Shown piece by piece: positions 12,301 through 22,891 of a stretch of 64,000 nucleotides of DNA. This DNA is from Tubulanus polymorphus (lineage: Eukaryota; Animalia; Nemertea), in assembly GCF_964204645.1 (NCBI RefSeq), contig NC_134030.1, forward strand, positions 13,182,957 to 13,246,956. The letters are read 5' to 3'. The position numbers and the translations under genes were made by a program. Positions within the stretch are counted from its first letter, which is position 1. Every line of letters begins with the position of its first letter. Under the pieces are notes generated by a model. The model did no database searches. It had not been told where the DNA came from and saw only the letters and a list, made by a program, of their open reading frames with translations.

Positions 12301-13408
12301 GAAGATCATAGTTTAATTAAACGGAATGGTAATGAAATAAAACCAACTGATATAAAAATTAGAGATGAATTATTACATAAAAGATTTTTCCAAAGAATGA
12401 ATCATATGTCATTTGATGAAATTATTAATTATATTTATAATATAGAGCCTGAAACATTAGAAGAAAAAGAATATTTTATCAAAGGATTTTTCATGGGTGA
12501 TGGTTCAGCAGGTGTGTATAATTATGTTTGGGGTAATAAATATTGTTGGTATTTATGCAATCAAGACTTAAAATTATTAGAAAGAATTAAGAAATTCTGT
12601 GAAGAAGTTTATTCACATAAAACATTTAGAATCATGGATGTTATGAAATCATCAGCAGTTTATAGAATACTTGTAAATAATCCTAAAGATTTTGCTATAA
12701 AATATAATGATGAATTCTATATTCACGCAATAGTGAAAAGTAATACTTCAACTAAAGAAAAGATTAGGTTTTAATATGAATATTGGATTGATTAAATCTA
12801 AACCAAATTGCTTTAATTTAAGCCATGTAGAAAATGAGTAAACAGAAGAAGTTAAGGATTTATTTGAAATATATAACCCATCAGATTATGTTTATGATTT
12901 ATCAACTGAAGATGGTACATTTAACTGTGGATTTCCATTAATAGCAGTCAATACGGATGCGTACATACTAAAAATCAAGACAAATGACATAACAAAAGAC
13001 TTAAAAACATTAAAACATCATTTTGATTTTAGCAATTATCCCAAAGATCATGAACTATTTAGCAATGATAATAAAAAGATTCCTGGTAAGTTTAAAGATG
13101 AATTAGGGGGTGATAAAATGATTGAATTTGTTGGGATAAGAAGTAAAATGTATAGTTACAGAACAAAAGATCATGAAGCTAAAAAGTTAAAAGGAATAAC
13201 AAAACATGTAGTTGATAAACATATAGAATTTCAAGATTATATAAAGTGTTTATATAACTCAATTGTAATGAAACATAAAATGAATTGTTTAAGATCAGAA
13301 GATCACGAGATGTACATTAATGAAGTTGAAAAAACTAGTTTAAATCCATTTGATGATAAAAGACATATTTCAGATGATGGTATAAAAACATTACCTTATG
13401 GTTATTAA
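9312..13408 (+). pseudogene. polB: Protein-primed family B DNA polymerase with N-terminal zinc fingers, an EndoVII-like Zn motif and an intein; stops, frameshifts and an internal deletion
   Basis: Exo I YGDFES; CCYC..RDHDH..YRGAAH..CN; Exo II FHNLSGYD; FLDSYRFL; motif B KLMNNSFYGK; motif C YFD/TD split by an intein; C-terminal PGKFKDE, RSKMYSY, KGI, DDKR. Motif A and Exo III are missing at a junction near 11580. Confidence 0.93.
12052..12952 (+). mobile_element. Intein with a partly deleted LAGLIDADG homing endonuclease, inserted in PolB motif C
   Basis: ILYFD|SVTADTPILL (block A); VDVTEDHSLI (block B, TxxH); FIKGFFMGDGS (LAGLIDADG block C); YVYDLSTEDGTFNCG (block F); LIAVN|TDAY (block G with +1 Thr). 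There is a frameshift near 12720-12735 and a TAA near 12839. Confidence 0.92.
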
Positions 13409-14078
13409 AATGGATCAATATCATCAAACTCGAAATCTCTATTGGTTTCTTCTTTTTCATTTAATTGTTCTTGTATAATTTGTTTAGGTTCTTCCATTTC
13501 ATTTTTCTCATTTAAATAACGTGTTATATTGTGCCACATTTCATCTTGCTCTCTTTGTTTCTTTTTGTTTGTTAATTCATCAAATGGAATTATAATATCT
13601 ATGTTTAAATAATTTAAAATCTTATTTAAAAAGAATTGATAATTAATTGAATCTGTTATTCTATTTTCCAAATGATACATTAATATTTGTTTGAATATTT
13701 TTTTTAATATTTTCCATATCTTCTTCTGTTAATTTAGGTTTTTCGTAATAATCGTTGAATAATAAATATAAATACATTTTCTTTTGTTTTGTGTTAAATG
13801 TTGATGGAATAATTGTTTTTATAATATCTTTTTTAGTTATTTCACCATTATTATTTTCTATTATTTTCATTTTTTCAAGCCATTGCTTATATTCTGGTGT
13901 ATGATCTTCTATTAAAAATATTTTAAAAATTTCATCTAGATAATTTAATTTTGGTTCTATGAGAAAATCTCTAGTTTTTTCTTCACCCCATAAATTCTTT
14001 TGCCATCCACATTCATTACAAAATAACACATTACCTTCTTGCCTTAAGGTCGCATAACTACATTGTGGACATTTTCAT
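13405..14078 (-). pseudogene. Poxvirus VLTF3/A2-like late transcription factor (zinc ribbon plus helical domain), with two 1-bp homopolymer frameshifts
   Basis: Reconstructed MKCPQC...LFCNECG...KLNYLDEIF...KLTEEDMENIKKIFKQILMY...SINYQFFLNKIL...QDEMW resembles vaccinia A2 as recalled (CSGC..CIFC..KLIHL..TINYSFFLDKIF..QLVW). Confidence 0.75.
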
Positions 14079-14730
14079 TTATAATTTATTGGTAATAGAT
14101 CTTTATTAAGCTCCTGGCATTTTCTTACGTTTTCTTTATGTTTTATTGTTCTATTATGTAGATTTGAATTACTTGTTGTAATAATCAATTTACAATATTT
14201 ACAATAATATGTTTTTCTTGTTAATTCATTATATTGTTTTTCTAACTTTTCAACTGTTTCTTTATTATCTGGTAACGTTTTCTCATATTTTACTTTTTCT
14301 AATAAACTATTTTTTCTTTCATTGAATTCATTTTCAAATTTATTAGAAATTTTATCTATATGTGCTTTACGAAATTGATGATTCTCCCAATCTTCTATAT
14401 TTTCAGGACTAAATTTCATTCGACAAGGTTCACAGAAATGATCTTTTGTATTATCCTTATCATAGAATAAGAAAGGTCTTATCCAAATAATATCAGGTTC
14501 AACTTCAACAGAATTACTATTACTTTCGTTACTATCAACATTAGCCGTTGCGCCATTAATTTTACACTTCTCTGAATGTTTTTAACATAATTTCTAGAGA
14601 ATAATTTATTACATTTTGGGCAGTTTATTTTAGGGGTTTTATAATTTTCATCATGTTTTTTCATATGTCGAGCCATATTACTTTTTCTTAGAAGTTCACC
14701 ACAAATTTCGCATGCTATCTTCTCGTCCAT
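14075..14730 (-). pseudogene. Multi-zinc-finger (C2H2/matrin-like) protein, frameshifted
   Basis: CEICGELLRKSNMARHMKKH, CPKCNK and CKYCKLIITTSNSNLHNRTIKH in adjacent ORFs 14479-14730 and 14075-14419. Confidence 0.7.
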
Positions 14731-14798
14731 TTATTAAGGAAAAATTTTATTACAATTAATTTTTAGTGATGAGCGGTAATTTTTTTATGTTATAAATA

Positions 14799-15587
14799 AT
14801 GGTAGAATTAAAAGAATACAGAATATTTGTTGATTCTAGAAAACTTACAAATTATAAATCACATAATTTACTAGTACAATTAGATAGAGAATTCAAGAAT
14901 TGTGTAGATTTAAAATTAGTTAATATAAGTTTATGTAATTCTTTTTATAATATAACGGATAAAACTGATGAACATAGAATCCTTTTTATTATTGATAAAA
15001 TTAGAAATAAACGGTTTCAACTTTATCTAACACCAGGATTATATAATTTAGAAACATTAGCGCAAGAAATTAATCGGAAAGCTCAGATTGTGTTAGGTAG
15101 TGATTCTAAATTTTCAATTAGATTTATAAAAAGTGATAGTTCTGATAAAATTAAAGTAAAGTTTGATGATGAAAATATTAGTCCTGATTCATTGATGTTA
15201 AGAAGACATGCTCACGCGGTAAAAAAACCTTTTGCTAAACTGTTAGGAATTCCTCCAGATAAACTTATTGTTGGAAACATATACGGTATATCAAATTTAA
15301 TACCTTTTACACATTTTAATATTTATTGTAATTTAATTGATCCTACAAAAACATTCGAAGCAACTAAAGATATAACTTGTAATTCTAGTATACTAAATAT
15401 TTTAGCATTGAAGAATGTTAAACAATTTGGAACGCAAATAAATCATAATTTAGCTGAATGTGATTTTAAACCTTGTATTCCTCAATTTAACAATTTTAAA
15501 TTAGAAATAAGAAATCATAATGGTTATTTAATTGATTTGAATAATTTTCCTGTGATATATGAATTAGTTACAAGATGTAGAGAGTAA
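14799..15587 (+). CDS. Minor capsid protein (penton, single jelly-roll)
   Basis: N-terminal IFVDSR...VQLDREF...LVNISLCNSFYNI, PGLYN, IYCNLID and C-terminal KLEIRNHNGYLIDLNNFP are typical of Polinton/PLV pentons. Confidence 0.75.
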   Translation: MVELKEYRIFVDSRKLTNYKSHNLLVQLDREFKNCVDLKLVNISLCNSFYNITDKTDEHRILFIIDKIRNKRFQLYLTPGLYNLETLAQEINRKAQIVLGSDSKFSIRFIKSDSSDKIKVKFDDENISPDSLMLRRHAHAVKKPFAKLLGIPPDKLIVGNIYGISNLIPFTHFNIYCNLIDPTKTFEATKDITCNSSILNILALKNVKQFGTQINHNLAECDFKPCIPQFNNFKLEIRNHNGYLIDLNNFPVIYELVTRCRE

Positions 15588-15603
15588 TTTTTTCATTATA
15601 TCA

Positions 15604-15831
15604 ATGAATATAACTGTTGGACCGAGTATATGTTTTGGGTTTGATTTTAAACGTGAGAAAGAAATGAAATTTAACATTAATGATGTAATTACAAAAATCA
15701 AAAATATTGCATTTTCTAATGAAACAACATTTAAGTATGAAAAAACAATAGATAAAGAAACTTTAAATGTAGAAAAGATTACTAATTTAATTAGAGAATC
15801 TTTAAGATTTTATGAATTTTATCATGGATGA
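15604..15831 (+). CDS. Polinton hypothetical protein (75 aa)
   Basis: Tightly packed ORF after the penton gene, preceded by a T-tract. Confidence 0.5.
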   Translation: MNITVGPSICFGFDFKREKEMKFNINDVITKIKNIAFSNETTFKYEKTIDKETLNVEKITNLIRESLRFYEFYHG

Positions 15832-15950
15832 TATTAAAAAAATAATAATTGAAATATATACAAATGAAACTAGTAATGAAATAAATGTTGAATTAATCAT
15901 AAATAAGTTAACTAAATATTTTGAAGATAGTAATTTTTTTTGATTAATAA

Positions 15951-16172
15951 ATGAGTGATAATAAGTGGATAATAACTGGATTATATAATGGCGCCTTACT
16001 ATCAGTTGGAACTGTTGGTTATTCAATGGTATTAAAAAAAGTATTTAAAATGGGAAGTGTTAATGTTGATAGATTTGATATAAATGATATCTTAAAATCA
16101 ACATTAGCAGTTACTTTATCCAATTTAACTATTGATTATTTGGAAAAACAAAAATATATTCCTCCCATATAA
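15951..16172 (+). CDS. Small hydrophobic Polinton protein (73 aa)
   Basis: TAAATG start; hydrophobic segment GLYNGALLSVGTVGYSMVL. Confidence 0.65.
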   Translation: MSDNKWIITGLYNGALLSVGTVGYSMVLKKVFKMGSVNVDRFDINDILKSTLAVTLSNLTIDYLEKQKYIPPI

Positions 16173-16196
16173 ATGCATAATTTTTTTGTTCAATAA

Positions 16197-16617
16197 ATGG
16201 CTTCTGCAATTATAACTATTATAGGATCAGCAATTGTTAACGCTTTAGCATTTACTGGTGGTGGTTATTTATTTAAACATATTGATAAAAATGGATCATT
16301 GACAGAACAAAAAAGACATAACTTAGCATTAGAAAAATATAATAAAGCAGCAGAAGAATAAAGAGAAAAGAAGCAAAACTATATGGATTATATTAACAAA
16401 GAATTATATGATCAGAAGATTTCACATAGAGATTTTCAATCAGTCGATGATGCAATGAGTTTATATAACGCGGTAACCAATAAAGAAAAATTACATCTAC
16501 ATAAACCTACAATATCAGATTATTATACCCCAAGTAAAGAACAACAGAAATATGAAATAATTTGGATTTTAGGTTGAACAGTTATTGTTATATTTGTAGC
16601 ATATAAGTTTACTAATT
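16197..16617 (+). pseudogene. Polinton protein with N- and C-terminal hydrophobic helices; internal stops
   Basis: MASAIITIIGSAIVNALAFTGGGYLF...EQKRHNLALEKY; TAA near 16360 and TGA near 16575. The mini-element copy has GGA at the latter site. Confidence 0.7.
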
Positions 16618-16638
16618 AGTAATTTTTTTTCTAAATAA

Positions 16639-17073
16639 ATGGAAGATAAAGTTGATGATATTGATATTATTCCTCATGATATCAGTAAAACTAAATTAAA
16701 AATATATTTAGAAAAACAAATATTATAATTTGAAAATGACTTAAAAGTTAAAAAGAAAAAATATTTAAAAAGTAAAATTATATATTATCTTATTATTAGT
16801 GGTTCGGTTACAAATAGTTGTGAAATAACATTTCTAGCAATATTCAGTCCATTAACACCTTTAGCTATATCAATTGGTGTGTTAGGATTATGTTCAAGTG
16901 TTTTAACTGGTATAAGTTCAAAATTAAATATAAAAAGTAATAAAGAAAAAATTAAAACTAATTTAAAAGAAATTGATAAATTAAAAAATACACTAGATTA
17001 TATAATAAGTTTAAATGGTCATATAACAGTTGAAGAACAAGATAAATTATTAAAAGAATTAGTTAATTATTAA
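16639..17073 (+). pseudogene. Two-TM membrane protein with a premature stop (GAA to TAA relative to 2337-2771)
   Basis: Direct comparison with the intact copy in the mini-element. Confidence 0.8.
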
Positions 17074-17089
17074 TTTTTTTATTATATAA

Positions 17090-18399
17090 ATGGGGTTTCC
17101 AAAAGCTTTCCAATATAATAAATCACATGAATATTATAAATATAATACTCCAGCAATAGATTTTAGTAACATGATAATATATAAAAATTTAGTTTTGCTT
17201 TCATTGATTAATTTAGAAATTTATGTTACTGAAACAAACTATTTTATTTCTAAAATGGAAAATATATTTAATACATATGAAGTTACTTTTACTAGAGATG
17301 AATATAATATATATAAAGTAAAATCTAATATGAAATATTGGCAGAATCAATTAAATTTTGCTGTTCCTTGTGCAACAGCTGGTTGTGGTGTAAGTTGGCA
17401 TGATCACTTGAATAACTTAGATAAAAATTTGAAATATTCTGATTTAAAATTCATTCATACAATATTTAGATTTCATGTATACTTTCAAATTAGAATTATA
17501 TTAAATGAATTAGAATGCCCTTTACCTGGATCAAAATATTTTAAAGAATTGGATAATAATATTAATCTATCTAAGTTTTATAAAATATGTAATGAATTTA
17601 ATATAAATATTAATTTCGATTTTAGAGCGCATGGTAGATTACATGGCGTTGGTGAAGAGTATGAAATAAAAAGAATTGATTATATGCATAGAATTTCAGC
17701 TTATCATAATTATAAAATTGATAATAATAATGGTTGGGTTTATTTTATTGAATCTTATAGTGAAGGATTTACAAAACCTGGTATACAAAGAATAAATCAA
17801 TCAATTAGAACTTATTTGATATGTATTTTAGGTGCGCAAGTTGAAACAAGATCACCAATAGTTGGAAATAATAGTACTTCATTCGATGCGCAGAAACAAT
17901 TCAAAGTATTATTTGAAGATTCCATTCATACTGATAAAAATAGATCGATTCCAGAAAACATTGTAAGATATCAAAATTATTTAGATAAATCTCATGTAAG
18001 ACTAAATTATTGTATAGGCCCTAATCTATTAATTATTTCTTATGATTTAGTATTAAAGATGGGAAACATAATTGGTTACAATAATCTAATCAACACTGCA
18101 ACATAAATAATTCAATTGGATTAAATGATATAAATAAAACGATTATTACTGCTCCAAAATTAACGGAAGGCGAAAAAAATAAAAAACATATCCAATCAAC
18201 AGAAACTAAAACAAAGAATATTAAATTAAATAATGATTCTAAAATAAAAGATTACAATACGTCAGAAAATATAAAAACTGATACTATTCAACATGTTATA
18301 ATTAAAACTGATAATGATAATAAATTCCATGAAAATACTAAATTAGCTTTAACTTGTATAGGAATTGTTATAGGAGGAATATTATATTTTAAATTTTAA
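17090..18399 (+). pseudogene. Polinton hypothetical protein with a probable C-terminal membrane anchor (ORF 17090-18106 plus a shifted tail)
   Basis: WQNQLNFAV.CATAGCGVSW.DHL and FRFHVYFQIR motifs; the downstream frame ends KLALTCIGIVIGGILYFKF*. Confidence 0.6.
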
Positions 18400-18415
18400 T
18401 TTTTGTATTATATAA

Positions 18416-19865
18416 ATGGATGTAGAAGGTGGAGAAGATATTGGAATGGATCCTTTTGATGAACCTGGTATAACTGATGAACAACAACCTGATTTAGTGA
18501 AACAAGTTTTAATGACGGTAATGAGCCAGAATATAATAATAATTTAAATATGCCTGATTATATTAAAAATGCAGAATCACAATTGAATCCTGAAAATTTA
18601 GACCCATATTTAGTAAAACAAGATTTAGATAATTTAAACAAAATACCTAAATTAGAGGATTTAATTGAAAAATCTAAACTTAACATAAATGATGAAGACG
18701 TTGGACCTTTAGCAGATCAATAAAAATTTTTAGATAATGGTAAATGTTATTATCGTTTGAAAGATGATTATTATATTGATATCACTTATAAAAAAAAATA
18801 ATAACAAAATCAATTTTGAGAAAATTAGATCCAGATAGAATTAAAAGAATTATTAATAGTAATGTAATAACTGATGTTATAAAACAAGAAAGAGATGATA
18901 ATATAGACGTATTTAAACAAAGAATTAATGAATTATTTGAAATAATCAAAAAGAAATCAGAAACAGAAACTTCTGAACATAATATAACTTCCAAAACTAG
19001 TAAACTTAAATCAAATAAAGTTCCAATTGAAAAACTTTTACCGAATGGATTAATTGATGTAACAGATCAACAATTAGAAGATTTAAATAATATATTTTCT
19101 GTTGAAGCAATTAGAGAAATTAAAAGTATAAGACTTGCATCTGATAAAATTGCACATGATAAAAGTATAGGAGATTTTAAAATTAGAACTTTAGAAAAAG
19201 AATTAACTGATAAAAATAAAGAAATAGAACAATTAAAGTCTGATTTAGATCATCAAGTAATTGATGAAATAGAATATAGGCAAAAAGAATTACGTTTAGA
19301 AAAAGAAATTAATAATTTAAAAGATAATTTAGAAGTACAGAAAGAAGAAATTAAATTATTATTAAAATCATATGATTATAATATTAATAGATTAAAAGTT
19401 ATTTTTAAAGATTTATTGATAAAACCAAATTCTGAAATATTATTAAAAGATAGAATAAAGTTATTATTTAAATTAGAAGGAATAACAATTCTTTCAATTC
19501 TAACAGCTGTAACTATGTTATTTACAACAATTGGTTTAGCAATATCAAAAGCTTTGAAATCTACTCCTACTCCCAATAAACCGGATAAACCCCCGAATGA
19601 TAATTATTCTATACAAGATAAAGTTAAAGATGGTTTAAAGAAATTAGCAAAATATTTATGGCGACTATCTAAAAAATCTGCTGCAGCTTTACCAGGAATT
19701 ATTGCATCAATTGTTGGTTTTATATTGAAATCTGCAGGTAATATTCTTAACTTTGCTGCTGAACATATTATTTTATTTTTAATTACAGTTGTAAGTGCTA
19801 TTATTTTTGGGTTAGTGAATATGATATCAAAAAGATATCAAGAAAAAATAATAAAAAATAAATAA
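18416..19865 (+). pseudogene. Coiled-coil protein with C-terminal TM/amphipathic helices; 5' part disrupted
   Basis: TAAATG start (MDVEGGEDIG); long coiled coil; GITILSILTAVTMLFTTIGLAI and AAALPGIIASIVGFIL...LFLITVVSAIIFGLV. Confidence 0.7.
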
Positions 19866-19885
19866 TTAATTTTTTTGTTAAATAA

Positions 19886-21133
19886 ATGAGTGGGAATTAT
19901 ATAAGTCCTTCTAAGATTTCTAGAATATCTAATGCTATTAAAGCAGAAAGATCACATCATATAATTACTCATAATCCTTCAAATATTAATCCCGATGAAA
20001 CTTTATATGTTAGAATTCCTAGATTAACACAAAATACTTTTTATGTTCCAAATAGTATTTATTTATCAACCGATATAAAAGTAACCGGTCATGATAATAA
20101 TTATGTTGTTGATAATGTTGGAAGATATTTGATTAAAAAATTAACTATTAAGATTGGTCCAGAAACAGTTTTCTCATTAGATGATTATAATTTATTTATG
20201 CATTATAAAGATTTATGGTTAACTAAAGAAAATAGAAATAATATGATATTTCAAGGCATTGAATCGGAAAACCATAATAAATTAAGATCAGGAGCTAATG
20301 ACGCAATAGTAACTCGTGCCGCAGATAATTTGATTAAAAATATTTATGGAAGCAAATATAAAATTCCATTAGACTTTGAATTGATAAATAATAATGCACC
20401 TTTATATAAATATGTAATTCAAGAAGATATTATATTTGAGATAACATTTGCTCCTGTAAATGAAATTGTATTATCTAGCGTTGTTAAAGATATGGGTTAT
20501 AAATTATCGAATATATGTTTAGAATATGACAGAGTAACTAATGAAAATATTGCTAACACAATTCAAACTCAATACAATCAAGGATTTTCATTATTATATG
20601 ATTATATTGATAAATCTAAAACTGTAACTATTAATGCAAATGATGAAAAAATTAATGAGAATATTAACTTCCCAAGAAGATCTATTAAAGGTATATTAAT
20701 ATTTTTTACCATTGCAACATATTCTAATGGTGCAATAAAGGTTGATAATTATTATAATCCTGAAATAACAAAAGTAGAAATAACTATCGAAGGAATAGCA
20801 AATAAAATATTTTGTCAAGGAATGAGAATGATTGATCAATGGCCAGAAATTAGAAAACATTTTATGAATGAAAAAGTAAAATCATTTGAAAATTGTAATA
20901 TTAATCAAATTGATTATTATACCGGCCATCAATATGCATTATGGTTAGATTTTAGAACAACAGAGGATAATTCATTACATGGTTCTAGAAAAAAACTACA
21001 GAACACTAAAGATGGAATACAATTATTCATGAAAAAGAAAAAAGGAAGCTTAAATTTTAAAATGCACATTTATATTATATCTGACGCACAATTAAATATT
21101 GTAAATCCACAATTAGATAGTATTCAATATTAG
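19886..21133 (+). CDS. Major capsid protein (double jelly-roll), open
   Basis: 415 aa; HNPSNINPDETLYVRIPRL, VVDNVGRYLIKKL, YKIPLDF, NINFPRRSIKGIL, YALWLDFRT..D..LHGS; size and position next to integrase and ATPase. Confidence 0.8.
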   Translation: MSGNYISPSKISRISNAIKAERSHHIITHNPSNINPDETLYVRIPRLTQNTFYVPNSIYLSTDIKVTGHDNNYVVDNVGRYLIKKLTIKIGPETVFSLDDYNLFMHYKDLWLTKENRNNMIFQGIESENHNKLRSGANDAIVTRAADNLIKNIYGSKYKIPLDFELINNNAPLYKYVIQEDIIFEITFAPVNEIVLSSVVKDMGYKLSNICLEYDRVTNENIANTIQTQYNQGFSLLYDYIDKSKTVTINANDEKINENINFPRRSIKGILIFFTIATYSNGAIKVDNYYNPEITKVEITIEGIANKIFCQGMRMIDQWPEIRKHFMNEKVKSFENCNINQIDYYTGHQYALWLDFRTTEDNSLHGSRKKLQNTKDGIQLFMKKKKGSLNFKMHIYIISDAQLNIVNPQLDSIQY

Positions 21134-21163
21134 AAATATAAAGTTAATAATAACGATATATAA

Positions 21164-22282
21164 ATGGGCGGTAAAAAAACTCCTAATACTAAAGAACAAT
21201 ATTTAAGAAATTTATATTACAACCCTGAGAGTTCGGTTACTTTTTCTTCTACCAAAAATATATGGCGTCAAGTAAAACAAGATAAATTAGATAAGATAAT
21301 CCCACAAAATTTAGTTAAATATAAAGATATAAACGAATTTATGTTAGAACAACCAACATATACAACACATAAAAAAATTGTTAGAAAATATAAAACTCGT
21401 AAAACTATGGTAAGTTATGTAGATCAACAGTGGCAAGGAGATTTAATTGATATGAAAAATGTTAAGAAACATAATGATGATTATTGGTGGTTATTGAATA
21501 TAATTGATATTTTTAGTCGTTATGTATGGAGCTTCCCACTTTATAGAAAAGATGCTGTACAAACATCAAATGTTTTAAGAAAATTTCTTTCGGATGATAA
21601 ACTAAAACCAGAAAAAATACAATTTGATGATGGAAAAGAGTTTGATAATTCACTTGTTTATGAACTCTTAGATAATCATAATATTAAACATTTTTCAACA
21701 AAATCGGATAAAAAAGCAGCAGTTGTTGAACGATTTAATAGAACAAGAATGTGGAAATATTTTACAGCAAATAATACTTTTAAATGGATTGATGTTTTAC
21801 CAAAATTGATAGAAGGATATAATAACTCTTATCATTCTTCTATTGGAATGAAAACTATTGATGCTAGAAAACCTGAAAATGCTGAAATTGTTTGGAATAA
21901 TTTATATGGAGCATTTCTTGTAGATGATTTTGGTGAACCTAAATTTAAAGTTGGTCAAAAGGTTAGAATTTCTAAGTATAAAAAGATATTTGATAAAGGA
22001 TACGATCGAAATTTTACTAGAGAAATATATAAAATAAAAAAGGTTATAACAACAAAACCATATGTCTATAAATTAGAAGATTTAGATAGTGAAGAAGTTG
22101 ATGGGTATTTTTACGAAGAAGAATTAAGTTTAACTACTGAAAATCTAGAACAAGAATATAAAATTGAAAAAGTATTAAAAACAAAAACTATTAAAAGAAA
22201 AAAATATTCTTTAGTAAAATGGGTTGGATGGCCAGATAAATTCAATGAATGGATATTGTCAAGTAAAATTAAAAATATATAA
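21164..22282 (+). CDS. Retroviral-like (rve) integrase with a C-terminal chromodomain
   Basis: DDE triad WQGDLIDM / QFDDGKEF / VVERFNRT; KFKVGQKVRI; chromodomain YKIEKVL...LVKWVGWPDKFNEWI. Confidence 0.95.
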   Translation: MGGKKTPNTKEQYLRNLYYNPESSVTFSSTKNIWRQVKQDKLDKIIPQNLVKYKDINEFMLEQPTYTTHKKIVRKYKTRKTMVSYVDQQWQGDLIDMKNVKKHNDDYWWLLNIIDIFSRYVWSFPLYRKDAVQTSNVLRKFLSDDKLKPEKIQFDDGKEFDNSLVYELLDNHNIKHFSTKSDKKAAVVERFNRTRMWKYFTANNTFKWIDVLPKLIEGYNNSYHSSIGMKTIDARKPENAEIVWNNLYGAFLVDDFGEPKFKVGQKVRISKYKKIFDKGYDRNFTREIYKIKKVITTKPYVYKLEDLDSEEVDGYFYEEELSLTTENLEQEYKIEKVLKTKTIKRKKYSLVKWVGWPDKFNEWILSSKIKNI

Positions 22283-22891
22283 ATGAATAAGGAATTATTT
22301 ATATTTTAACCTCATAATATGTTAATTTCTGGTGTAACAAATTGTGGAAAAACTTATTTTATATTAAATTTATTAGAAACTGTTTATAAAAACTACTTTG
22401 ATAATATAGTATTATTTTGTCCAACATATGAATTTAATCAAACTTATGATAGAAATATTACTAGAGATAATAAATTTATTATATTAGATCCTAAAACAGT
22501 AAAAGAAAATTTAGATAATTGTATTAAAATAGCAATAGATATTTATAAAGGATCAAATACATTATTCATTATAGATGATTGTGCAAATTTACATGATTCA
22601 AAAGTTAGAGAAAGTGAGTTATGTTATCTAGCTTTCTCTGGGAGACATTTCGCGATAACAACATGGGTTTTAAATCAAAAATATAATTCAATTGTTAAAG
22701 ACTTTAGAGAAAACATTAGATTTCTAGTTTTATTCTACAATAAAGATAGAAAATCGATGAAAAATGCACTTGAGGAAAATGATATTATTCTACATGATTT
22801 ACATAATGAATATATGGATAAGTTGAAAAATATTAAAAGATCAAAATTACTATTTAGATTACAACACCCATTTAAATATGAATTTATTTAA
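22283..22891 (+). pseudogene. A32/FtsK-like packaging ATPase (early TAA at 22307; ORF 22319-22891 open)
   Basis: Walker A GVTNCGKT, Walker B LFIIDD, SGRH arginine motif, conserved Q (LNQKY). Confidence 0.9.

Noticed and set aside
12052-12952. Group I intron as the explanation of the polB insertion
   Set aside because: The insert is in frame with the N-extein, has intein blocks A, B, F and G at its exact borders with a +1 Thr, and shows no RNA core structure.
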